This document shows, in pieces, positions 27,701 to 40,200 of a stretch of 64,000 bases of DNA. Each line of letters starts with the position of its first letter. Position 1 is the first letter of the stretch. Origin of the DNA: Hyphochytrium catenoides (taxonomy: Eukaryota; Protista; Hyphochytriomycota); the NCBI GenBank assembly GCA_900088475.1, contig FLMG01000135.1:1-64000 (forward strand), in the 5' to 3' direction. The notes beneath the pieces were generated by a model. It was not told where the DNA came from and ran no database searches. It was given only the letters and a program-made list of their open reading frames with translations. Made by a program: the position numbers and the translations under genes.

Positions 27701-30700
27701 CCACCCAGTCGAGGGCAAAGAAGGCAGCTAACTAGAGGTTCGGTGATAGGGACCACCAGACACTTATCACACTCCCATGCAGAGCCATCTATAACGGGTT
27801 CCACTCCATAACAGGCGGGGTGGACATAAATATGACATGTTTTACACCAAAGCTTGCCATCTACCAACCCCTGGGCATCACCAGTGGTGCCACTGGTAGA
27901 CTGGAAGCAGACTGCGCACCTTCCGGACTCGTATATATCGGGTGGTAGATTCTTGATATTCAGGCCCCGGCCCATCAGCTCTTGATGGTTGGCTCGGTTC
28001 TTGTGGCCTTTCCTGGGCGACGAGGGTCTCAAGCGGTACCGGTTTCGGATCTGCGTCTGAAGCCCCCGATTTCGCGTGGGGAAAAACTCAGATGAATGAC
28101 TTTCACAAAATAGCGAAAACACTAGTCCAGATCCTCCACCACAATACGAGATCTTGTTGGCCTTCGCCTCAACAGTCATCACTAAGCCTTGAAACCACGC
28201 ACAAAGAGGATGGAATGACTCTTCGCGGGAATGACACGGGCCACATCAGAATTCATCCATTGTACGCCAGCGGTAAGGTTGCAACGGCCGTGATGTAGGA
28301 GCCGACACCACAAGTTGTAGCAGACACAAAATATGTCAGGATACTCGCCATCGTCATGACGGATAGAAAACAAAACTTACCTTGGCAACCATCTGCGCAA
28401 CACCTCACAGTGACGCCACATTCCTGCTTGCATATAGAGCAGAGACCGCCACGGGTCAGACCCGCTTGAACTTCAAAATCTAACTCCTCCGTAGAGTTGA
28501 ATGTTCCGTTGGAGGCCAAGACGAGCATTCTCTGCGTCAAGTCGTCTGGCTGGATCTGCACAGGGCTCATAACGCTGAGGTCCTGAATGTAGCAGCCAGG
28601 GCTCCAGATAGCGCAGGCTAAATGAGCCCAACGGCCATCTGTGGTTCTCTTCAGAGCGCCATGATAGTTGGGACAAAGACAGCATTTAGCCGCATTTGTA
28701 GCGAGCGATTCAGTGGCATACAAGCAAGCGTCGCAGTAAAAATCACCATCTGGTATCTCTCGCAGTCCGTAGCACTTCTGATGGACTGGCATATCGCATC
28801 GATCGCAGAAGACAATGGAGTTGTCGTCGTCCGAGTGACCATCAAAGCAGACGCAGCACACCGCATCCTCATCTTCCTCCGGCTCCGTCTTGTTTTGTGC
28901 CAAATCTAGAGGGGCAGGTCGTCCCTCCACCGCTAATTTCCATGAAGGTGGAATCTTAGGCTCTGGAGGCTTGTTGAAGTCTGGTGACTTATCAGCAATG
29001 CCTCTAAGCATTGCCTTTGAAACTTCTAGCCAGTTTGAGAACTCGATGTAGCGCTTCTCTTCCTCCTTCCAACTCTCGAGACAGCAGTTATCTTCAGTTC
29101 GCTGCTCGTCCAACTGCCGCTTTAAGTCTTCCACTTGCGGTCCATGCTCCATTATAAATCTGCTGAGCCTCGCAAGCTCTTCCTGCCTTTCCAGTTCGAT
29201 CTCGCTCGACCCTGTCCCTCGCTTGATTTGAACATCTTGAAAGCTAGAAAGGCTAAGAGCACGAGTATCCGACCTGCACCCTTTTCCATTCTCTCGCGAT
29301 GTTTCGCCCATGTACTGCGCCATAACTGCACGCCCAGAATGGCTCATTAAAACCCTGATCGCCTGCTTGAGTGAGGAAGACCCTGCATTTAAAAGGTAGA
29401 GTTGGAGTCTTAGCTCTTCAATCTTAGCTCTTGAAGACTAACATTGAACGAAAGGGAAGAAAGTGAACAGTGTTAAAAGCTTCATTTTCAGGAACGGCCC
29501 TTACCATGATTCCCCAGCAGCTCGACTTCACGTATGTCGCTTCCATTGTCAGGGTCAGAAAGCACACTGGCCAGAAGCCTCTCTGAGTGTTCCGAAAGTC
29601 TACTTGAGAAATAGGCCATAGTGATGGTGCTCCAGAAGAATGAGCTATCCATGGGGACGCCAGAGTCCTTGCCAGGCCAGCGCCCAAAAAGCAGACTAGA
29701 AGTATCCTCATCTCTTCCGATGCGACCGGAAAAACAAATGGTGCCATTCTGTCGAGCTGTAGTCAACAATGAACCATTGGAGATTGAAGGGGTATCTGTC
29801 TCGGTCTGGGCATGCAGTCCCTCGATCCCTTTTCCATAGGACTCAGAGTGCTCAGATCCAGATGGAGATCCTAAAGGATATTGGCAGAGACTCCTCCGCG
29901 GACTCTGAAAACTGGCTGTGGAGGATTAGGGGTTAGGATGGTAGGACTACAGGTGTACTTACTCACCCTGAAGATGCTTCAAGCAGCTTACCTGGAAGCT
30001 CCCCATTCTTCTGCGCTTGTTTTAAGTGCGTCGGGCAGAAAGAGACATACTTCAGAGCTTCTTCTCTGACTTCCGGAGTCGTTACGGGAATGGCTCCAAG
30101 ATAGATTCTCTTTTCTTTGTCGTGCAAGGCACACCACGGGTGGTACGATACCGCGCACTTACCCTTGTCGCATTGGATGCAGTATCCTTTCTTTTTGCAT
30201 ATAAGGCATATCAAACCTTTTCTCTGAGGGTTAAGCCTATCTAAGATGACAGGCTCCAACTTCTCACTGTCCCCAAACGTAACTTCGGGAATCCAGAGAG
30301 CACAAATAATGTGGCACCAGTTCCCTCGGGTAGAAGTCGGCTTGTACGCGCCTCCCTTGTAAGGGCATAGGCAACAACTCGGGTAAGACTCTCCCGCATT
30401 ACAAGGGGAGCATTGCCTGCGATAGGGTTGGTTAGTGACCAAAATAGGGTCTAACATATCACATAGATGCACCAACCAGGAGCTCGCTGAGATGCTGATG
30501 GGGCTGATCCCGTAGCAAGTCAAGTGCACAGACATCCCACACTTAACGCATTTGATAAGTGGGTTATCTCTCCACGCATCAGGCTGCAGGCATATACAGC
30601 AGATCTAATGGATCGTCAGAACTAGGGGACATGTGTAGACGCACTGCCATATCTACCTTCTCTTGCTTCTTGTTACCGCTGCCCGTCTTCTCAGCAATGG

Positions 30701-31528
30701 TGCTTGAATTAGTTACGTCCTTGGCGTGATTCTAGGGTGCTCAAGTAGGTTAAGGCGAATCTATACGCTTCTTTGACAAGAGAATACCTTCGTAATAGTT
30801 TCGTGGGTCTCAGGCTTAAGTGTCCCAGAGCTCTTCATCTTGAGACTGCAACTTGGTGTCTCCTTCAGACGTAGCAGTCCACCAGAGCGTACTAGTCCGC
30901 AGAGCCAGATGCTAATGGACGTTACACATCTATATCGCCGGTCCTGCCCGCGCGAAAATCCCCAACTTATTTGGCTCCTTACTGTGCCTCAGCAGTGTCT
31001 CAATCGGCCATCGACTGAGGTGTCCGTCCGTCCCCCACCTCGGCCTGGCGAGGGTGTCCGTGCCAGTCCTTCAAACATCCGCACGGAAGAAGCCAAGGAA
31101 AGCCTCTAAGCAAGTCCCCTACCCCTCAACCATACCGGAACAACCTATTGTGCCACTTGAACGTGGGGAGGTCTATGCCGTCCAGATGCCAACTCGCTAA
31201 ACCCTATGGCTCCTGCTCTCAATCACGTATCTGGAGACGGTAGCCGTCAGCATCCTTGCTTGGGTATCGCTTTTCAACTCATCCTATCCACTTGTGCCGG
31301 GGAGAAAGTCTGCTGCGGATCGACCAACACAAGGCAGAGTTCTAGCCTTTCTGTGTCCTGGCGCTGCTCGCTGCCTTGCCTCTCCTTTCTCCTCTTCCAG
31401 CCCCTCTCTCCCTCCTTTTCCTCTGTTGCTTTCCTCTTCGTTCTCTTCCTCCTCCTTAGGTGTCGGAGTCATGGTCCAAGGTTCCTTATAACGGGACACA
31501 TACAGGCCTTATTCAAGGTTACGGCCAT
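24779..31528 (-). CDS. BRPF/Jade/Nto1-like chromatin reader with three PHD-Zn knuckle-PHD modules, bromodomain and Tudor domain
   Basis: PZP modules at ~30030-30605, ~28100-28870 (CCVCFDGHSDDDNSIVFCDRCDMPVHQKCYG) and ~27350-27920. LRMSLDRTRLLCDLVHAREKKK helix, bromodomain (FEELPDP..YYTIVKHPLDF..NAKLFN), Tudor (LVGRILSVYWPEDDQWYEGEI). A single-gene model is inferred from compatible GT-AG joins. Confidence 0.8.
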
Positions 31529-31938
31529 CTTGGATTTAGAATCGGTACATTCTCTTTTTGATGCTCTTTGACCTGCTTTGTACCGGGAAGAAAGGTGATG
31601 TTACGGTGGCTGAGTGATTCAGAATTACCGGCTCAAAGCCGACGTTAATTTTGAGATAGACGAGCCTTTATTCTGGTTGGATCTGGAATATAGTGTCCGA
31701 GCTGCGTGATGCGTCTCACCCGAGATGGATCCGATGTAGCGGGCCAGATGCCCCTTCTGCTTCTTTCGAGTTCATTTCTCAAACTCCTACAAAAGCGCGT
31801 ACTTTGCTCATACACTTCTACAGTCAGAGATTGGAAACAGGCCTAGGAGACCTCGGTTAGATTGGCACATTTCTTGAGCTCAATCAAAGAAAGAAGCCCA
31901 GATCAAACTCGCTGCTTCGCTACAGCGTACACAGAACC

Positions 31939-32720
31939 ATGAGCCCGAACACCCATACACAAAGCCCTATCGTCACAGGGACATCTGTGATCGCCCTTAA
32001 ATTTCAAGGCGGTGTCATGATGGCAGCAGACACACTCGGCTCTTACGGGTCACTTGCTCGGTTTACTGAGATCCAGCGTATTCAAAAAGTAGGAGATTTC
32101 ACTCTTGTTGGAGCTGGAGGGGAAATGAGCGACTTCGATGCGATCATGAAACGACTAGATGCCCTGGTTAACGAGGATTTTGTTCAAGACGATGGAGCTT
32201 TCCTCTACCCAAAGGAGATCTATGGTTATCTACAGCGGGTTATGTACACCAGGAGGAATAAGTTTGACCCTTTTTGGAATAACCTGGTTATTGTGGGTTA
32301 TAGAGATGGGACAAGCTTCTTAGGGACGGTGGACTTGATAGGGACCTCTTTCGAGGAGAACTATGTGGCGACTGGCATGGGTGCACATCTTGCCATACCA
32401 TTGCTCCGCAAACACTGGCACGCCAACCTGACAGAGCAAGAAGCCGTATCACTCCTACAGGAATGCTGCAAGGTCTGTTTCTATCGTGATTGCCGGACGA
32501 TCAATCGCATCCAATTCGGAAAGGTTACTGAGAGTGGGGTCGTAATCAGCCCACCAGTTGCACTTCCAACAAAATGGGTACGTAAAGAGTGGATGTTATT
32601 CTAATGCTAGCTTCTTCGTTCACCCCACTTCTATCTCTTGCTGGTGCTCCCGGTCCCGTACAGGATTACACTTCCTTTGTGAACCCCAAAGCCGGTGCAG
32701 ATACAGGAGGCTCATGGTAA
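31939..32720 (+). CDS. PSMB4: 20S proteasome subunit beta 7 (PSMB4/Pre4)
   Basis: TQSPIVTGTSVIALKF.GGVMMAADTLGSYGSLARF, MYTRRNKFDPFWN, ATGMGAHLAIPLLR, FYRDCR. One intron after TKW; last exon DYTSFVNPKAGADTGGSW*. Confidence 0.96.
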
Positions 32721-34281
32721 AGGTAGCTGGAGGATATGCTGACATGTAAGACATGTTCGTTAGCCCCTAAATTCACGAAGAGCTGAACAGGTTTGTGTTC
32801 CACGTACCAATCCGCTTGGGGTGCAGGTTTCTGATGTTAAACAGAAGACTAAGGCTGGATTATCGTCCTCCTGACGTTCTCATGATATGATCCTACAGCA
32901 ATGTACAGAAAGGAGACGACTGGAAGGTTTGATAATAGCTGTAGTACGCAATCTTCTAATAAAAATCACTAGGGATTCAAAGGAGCGTCTACTTCCAGTA
33001 GCCTAATGGCTGAAACAAGCTCAAAGTTCTCAAACTTGCAGGTCTCCTAGGAAACTTATATGCATACGGTCCGCACGATTCGTCGCGGTCTCTTTATCTT
33101 GTAGTGGAATGTCCGTCTCCTTCATCGCTTTGGTATCTCCGGATTGACTATGGCACTGTAAACCATCATCATCACGATTGCCCAGACCTTCACGTATTTG
33201 ACCAGTGTGAAATCCTCTAACCTTCATCCTATTTTATAGTAGTGGACAGAAGCACAAGGGCCTTGATGACTTTATTTCTACTGAACTGTTGGTATGAGAA
33301 CAATGCCCGCCTCTACCTTCGCTCCTGGAAGAAGTTAGGCATGAGGATCACGAACCTACGGACGTAAGACTACTAAATACTCATACGTTGCATGCCGCAT
33401 AGCGTGGTCTAGCAAGAAGGAAGATTTGAGTAAGGTCAAAGAGCAGGGCAATCATCCATAAGAAGGTGCGTGTACAGAAAAAGATAAATAATCAAGAAAA
33501 AATTACAAAGATTCCACTAGAGCTTAATGAAAAAGAATGAAAGTACTCCACATTCTCGCTCTTTGTGTTGATGACGGGTTATAATTCGATAGTGTGTTGT
33601 AGAAAGTGAAGGAATGCACAATGCGCTTTGTCCCCTGATGACTACCTTGAGTGTTCGCCCTCAGCGAGACAAATTATTGAACATTTCATGGAAGACTGAG
33701 TTTTTGCCCGAAAGGAGACAGCGCGAAACAAAAAGAGATTAGAAACTGCTGATTGAGGGAGAAGGTCAGATGTCCTACAGTATGATTGTGAACTACAAAG
33801 CTTTTCTTGTTTATCACGAAAAGTTGACATTTTATAACAAAGGATATCCGGCATAAAGGCCAATGATGAGGTGTTATTCCTAATCAGCGCTGCACCCTTT
33901 GGTTGGTGTGGAAGAATGAGAACTGTAACCCACACAAGTCCACACAGACACATTACATTGGCTCTGTTCATAGTGAGTGAGGAGGAGAAGGAATCCCAGG
34001 GGAGGTCTGTGGAATCAGAAGGGTTTTCTTTGGAGGAGTTGCAGCAGCAACTGGTTGGGGGAGGAGGACGCGGTTCTGATCGCCGGACTCGTCCTCGACG
34101 GACGGAGGCTGTCAATAACTGAGCTCCTGAGCTCTTCTTCAGACACTTCTCTTAATAGGCCACAAGCCTCAAAGGGTTACAAGGCCCGCAAAGCAGTTTC
34201 TGGGGTCCGGAGGGTGCTGCCTGGAAGCCGGGATTTATCGGCCATTGGGGGTAGAAAGAGGCATCCTTTGCTCGGTTAACG

Positions 34282-37200
34282 ATGGCTTTCGCCGCAGGGT
34301 ACGCCTCCGCGGCGCCTAAGGCTCTAAACGCCAGTGGCGGCAAAAATAGGTTCAAGTTTGCCAAGCTATCCGATCGACTGGCTGGTATAGATGTAAACAT
34401 CTCCAGAACTCTTCGCCAAGAATCATTCGCTGCAGCTGTTGCAGCGGTTGATGATGATGCCGAGGGGCTACAAAGGGGTCTTTTTTCAGAGCAGCTCTCT
34501 GTTCTACGGGATACCGTTTCTGCCACTCGATTTGAGAGGCTATGTCGAGACCTTGCACCACTAACATACACAGAAGTCCAGCTTATCCATCATCTTGAGG
34601 ATGTCATCAAGAAGATTGTGGAAGCAATTGAGGAGGCCTCGGCACAAAGCGATAGCGATTCGGTCATAGCTTCCTTGAAAGCTATTGCAATTCTCGCAAG
34701 GTGATAAGGGGTGTTATTCTGCTGGCTTCGTACCCCTCTAACCCTGCTAATGTATCTAGAGATGTTCAGCAAGAGATTTATCCGCACTTCTCAACAATCC
34801 TCAAGCGCATTCTAATCCTTGTAGACCCGTCCAAGGTACTGAAGAGGAAGTGGGTTCTTTAGTGCTCCCTCTCCACACCTGATCTTACAACTTCCTTTGT
34901 CTGCAGCCGGAGGTCACAGGGGAGTTCTTCCGCACCCTCGCTTATTTATTTAAGTACCTTCACAAGCAGCTGCTAAAGGACATCGACATCGTCCGGTCTT
35001 ACTATGGAGTGCTTCTGGGTCATAGGTATAAATCTCCTGCTGGAACTCTGTGTTGGCAATGCTTTATTGTTCTAGTGCTAGGGACCACTGTGTCTTGATT
35101 GGCTTGGCTTGCATCCTTCTCTACGTGTGCAGCGCCTTTCGGTTCTTGTGTAATATTGAACCCCGTGGCTAATGCTCAGTACCTGTGGACAGCCGAGAGT
35201 TCGTTAGACAGTTTGCTGCGGAAACGTTCGCTTTTTTATTGCGCAAACTAAAGGATAAAGCCTTGCGAGCTTACGTTCAAAGCTTCATGGTGGCCCTAGG
35301 ATCAGGTTCCGGAAGCGAGAATGACAACTTACTAGATGGAACATCCTTTTTATTGTTCTATATCACGAAGAACGTGCAGAATCAATTTCAGGTTCGCACA
35401 CCCGCTCTGCTTGAAGTCCTCTTCCGCCTGGTCCTCTACCCCTTACGGGAAAAGAGTGGAGACACTGGGCGTGAACTAAATGACTCAGGCACAGAGGGAG
35501 TTTCCAAAACAACATTTCGGGTACTGACAAGGACTGTGGAGTTAATGTGCGACTTCACCACATGGGAGCATTCTGAAGTTATCTTCCAGCCTCTCCACCA
35601 GGTAGTGGAGGAGGGGAAAAATTCCTTTCAGAGGACCCTTCAAGGGCTAAGCAAACCCGACATCGCTAGAGCTGGTAGTTGCCTCTCGAACCTCCTAAGA
35701 TTACTCGAGGGTATAATTGCTCGACATGGACATAGCTTTCTGACTTCGCAAGAAGTGCCTCGGATTATGGCTTTATTGGAAAATATGGTCTGTCAAAGAC
35801 TTGAGCCTGGTTTGACGCAGACAAAGAGTCCACAGAGGTGTCAGGATGGCAGTCGACCTTACGGCAACCCCCTTTTCCCTCTGAACTTGAGAAAGACGCT
35901 ACTTAGCCTCGCTAATTGCGTCTGCATAGAGCTAGCGGTCACTACCTGCAAACGAGGGGGGTTCACCCCAGGTCGACTTTATGCCATTACAAGCCCCCTG
36001 TTGGACCTCGGAGCCCTGCATAAGCGCGATGACCTCACAAAGACAGAGCTCCATGCTCATTATGTTCCGGCCATTAATCTGGCTATCGACTCTCTCGCAT
36101 TATGCGGTTTTGAAGACGTACCCCGTCGCGCTATGTTTCTGAAGCTGTTGGCTCTGGGCTCAGACCTTCGGTCTGTTGACGTGTCTTTGTCTCTTTTCAT
36201 TCTTGGAAAGCTCTGCCTAACAGGCTTTGGCAGATCTAGCCCTTCCAGTGCGCTAGTCAGAGCTGGTCAATCAGCAAAAGCCCTGGAGGGCCACGCGTTG
36301 GAGCTGATGAAACCGCTCTGTGACGTTCTTGGGTCGTACCTTGAGATTATTGGGTCAAGTCAAAAGGATTCAAGCATTTATAACCGAAGGGAGACCAAAA
36401 CTGCGGACAGATTGAAAGAGGTGGATGAAGCTAACGAAAGTTTGCAGTGCCTGGCAGTGCTTCGAGCTTTCGAGGTGCTCCCTATTCCGCCATCGACAGA
36501 GGAGCTGGTGATAGGCAGAGCTGGAGCGGTAGCAACACGAGTGATCTCGTTTCTCCCTCACAAGCAAAATGCGACGGCATCTTTACAGCTAGGGTTGGCC
36601 TTAGAGGTTCCCCCGCCAGTAAGCGTGGCAGGAGCCTGCTTGCGGCTGGAGTTTGATGTCAAGCGTCGAACTGGAGCTCGGTTTACAAGAGAATGGGAAG
36701 AATTACTTCACCTGCTTGGCGCATATCCTAGCTGCATCGAAGCTCTACAGGCCCTGAAGCTCGTCCTCCAATACAAGAGAGAAGAAGAGCAGCTAGAAGA
36801 AACGCTATTCAAAGATCTTTGCGCTCTTCTTAGGCCCAACCTTCGGTCACCTAGTCACCACATCAGGCTGCTCTCGCTGGAAGCTCTTTCGCTCTTCCCT
36901 CCCATGCCTTTTTTGGAGATAGGCTCAGATCCTTCTGAAGAAAAGCGGGGCGAGTCCCGCGTAGAAGGGGACTGCAGACTGGTGGAGGTAAGGCAATCTC
37001 GCTTACCTATGAGATTCAACCTCTTTGTTTTACAAATTCATGGCATGGTGCTGGAATGACCACCGCCACCTTTATTTTGGCCTTGGCGAGTTCTCACAAT
37101 CTCGCAAAGTGCACGTGTGAGTTACTTTTTACCGCGAGGCGCTACTTACTTCTTCCTAGTCCCTACATACATTTGAAAATCGTAACAGTTTCCCTCCACT

Positions 37201-40200
37201 ATCCCTTGCCTTTCACTAACTATCATCTTCATAACCAGGCTTGTCTTTTAATTGAGCAACTTGAGGTTGGAATTGCAAGTGAGAGAGAGATAACGAACCG
37301 ACTGGAGCAGGTAGAGGTCTGGTTGAGATCTGGCAGGGTGCCTCCCCTCTACGTCTCACTCTTGTCGGCATTTCTACTGGGGAGACTGCATGTGAAGTTT
37401 TCTCCCCTGTGGCCACTTCTCTGCCGGGTGCTTTCTACGTCAGTCTCGTCATACTTTCAGGTGACCTGGCCCAACGTTCGTGACGAGCTTCTCTGGGCCT
37501 ACCGCCGTGCTCAGCTAAGAGATAGGCATTTGGTTTTCTTGGCACACATCGAAGATGGTCCAGAAACAAACTCAGAGAAGGACTTGATCGAGTCGTTGGA
37601 TCTTCTAAAAATGCAGCGGGAAGTCACCCGCAGTGAGAATGGCGACCCGCGCTTGGTGTCAGATCTTCTCTCCCACCTCCAGGCTCTCTGGAAGGTGCCT
37701 CAGTCCTCTGCTCCCCATATGGAGAAGAGGATGAGGTTCTTTATCCTCTTCTTCTTTGGCTTCCTTTATCATGAATACTATACTTTCTATGCAGAAGACC
37801 CAGATCGGCTACCATCCAGCGTACTGAAAAGCCTTGTAGAACAGGGTAGAGAGAAGTTGGACCCCGACGATTGGCAATTCCTGGAAGCGATTGCTCAAAA
37901 ACCTGAATTGGAAAAGGAGGCTGGGCTGCAGAATTCAACGCAAGGAGACAATAGGTCTCTCCACCCTGCGTCCGAAATATCGCCTTCGAAAGCGTTACGT
38001 AGTCAGCTTGTCTCCTTTCTCCGACTCTTTGACGCATTAGGCACAGGGTTGCGAAGCGCTTTTGGCAGCAAAGACTTGCAGAATGCCCTGACAAAGCTGC
38101 TGATCAAGACTGACTTGGAGATTTCATCACTAGCTCTCTCCTGCCTGTCCCATTTGAAGGTTTCGTATATTTTGCCTTATAAAGAGTCTCTTCAAGCTCT
38201 CATCCAAGAGAAGTCGTTTAGGGAAGAGCTAGCGAAGTTTTCTGTTGGTATGGTTCTTTCCTTCCGGTTTTTGTCTACTATCTATAGCTTCCTCCTCTAT
38301 TCTCTTTTATCTTAGCTCAGTAGCCTTTCTTAAAGAGAATCCTCTTGGTTTCCCCTTTTGCCCTTCGTGTTTAGAGTTGTTGTGCACATCAGCAGAATCG
38401 GTCTTAACTTGCTTCGACTTATATCAGCTTGTCGTATTGCCCACTCTTTTTCCTAGTGCAGCTTATCTGGTGTGTCCTGCTTTGCATTAACTTTTCACCT
38501 CACGCCCACTCCGCCCCTAACTCGATGTTCGTTTGTCTGTGGAATACCTAACATTGTCTGTTGGACGCCTAATATTCTCTGATCTGAAAGGTGGAGATAC
38601 TGTCCAATCAGAACACAGGGTAGGGCTGATCCCGGTCCTAGTTCGGATTCTTTTTGCGAAGCTCATAACCAGGAAAGCTGGAGGAAAGAGCTCGAAGGAC
38701 ACTCTAGGAGGGAGAAGAGCGACGATCCTGTCTTTCTTTTCTTCTCTCGAGGAGAAAGAAGTTGGGGTGCTGCTCTTCATTCTACTTCGCTCCTTCCTTC
38801 CCCCTTCCGAGAATAGAGAGTATGATCCTGCTACAGAATGGCTGGTGCCTTCTCAAAGCCCGTCTTCCGTTGACGACTGTGTCCTGCTAATGAAGAAGTG
38901 TAGTGGTCAAGATAAAGATGCCAGAGGGACAAAGACGCAGCAGCAGCTAGGATTTTTGGTCCTTTTACACGATTTAATCGCTCAGCTTGGCTTCAAGTTA
39001 CTACCATTTCTCCCTGACTTGATGGCAATCACGGTAGTGACACTCCAGACGGCTAGTGCGGCGCTAGAGGGTGAGGACGATGGGAGGGAAGTCGAAGCTA
39101 GGGAAGAGGAGCAACTGGAGGAACAACTAGAGGATGGAAACAGTGTAAAGACACGGATGATTTGGAGAAAGATCAGGGGACTGGCGATGCGCCGTCTGAC
39201 GGACATATTCGAGAAGGTTGGCGCATCCTTCTAACTGTTTCCATAGAAGACTTTTTGCCTCAAGTTCCTCCATCAAGAGTTCCAATACTTTTTGCATTTC
39301 TTTTACGTCGTACGGACTTCCTACCGCTCTGGTGTCTGTACAGTCTGTCTGTTACCCTAACGCTGAATGTCTAACTTACCCCGTTATCATCTCGCTGCAC
39401 AGTTTACTGAGGTCGACTTCTCTCCATGGACACCTATTTGGGTTCCTACTTTGTCGGGGTTGATGAACAACCTTCCATCTAGCGCCATTGGAGCGGATAA
39501 AGTTCCAGTGCTATTAGAGCTTGCTTTCGCCATTTCCCGGCACTCCCTGCTCCCTTATTCCTTCTTTTCTCCCAAAACCAACTTCTCGACCACACTCCTC
39601 TCTATTTTGACCGTGGGTACAACCAGGCAAGCCAAGGATGAAGCAGCAAATAGGGAGCGGAAAGGTGCAAGTGGCTTAGTCATTGTCACTGTACTGCGGA
39701 TCTTTGACACACTGCTAGCCAAGGATGAGGCGAAGCTGGGAATGACAAGTGACGACTATGGGGAAGGAAGCGAAGAGTCCTTCTTAGTCCTGTCTCAAAT
39801 GGAGTCGCTCCTTCAAGCTATCTATCAGCGCTTTCACCTCTCTCCACTCTCTAAGGCGGGAAGGTCTGGCAGAGGAAAAGAAGAGTCTTCTCTTCTCCTT
39901 TCCTTGCTGACCCGCCTCAGTGAGTATGCCTCCAGCAAGAAGTTCATTCTTTCCTCAAATACTGCGGGTCTTTTAGTGTCCATGCTACTTCCGTATCTCA
40001 AAGACAAGAAGAGAGAAGAAAGCACGCAGCTCGCAATTTTACAAATCTTCTCGCGGCTATTGCCTCTTCTTGATGACGCGGAGAAGCATTTGCCCTTCCT
40101 CTCTCGTCTTTTGGGTGTAGAGGGTATCAAAGCGGTTAAGCCCCGCAACCAGCTCGTGAAGGCTCTCCAAGATCTAGCTCAATATTTTTCGGATAACAAG

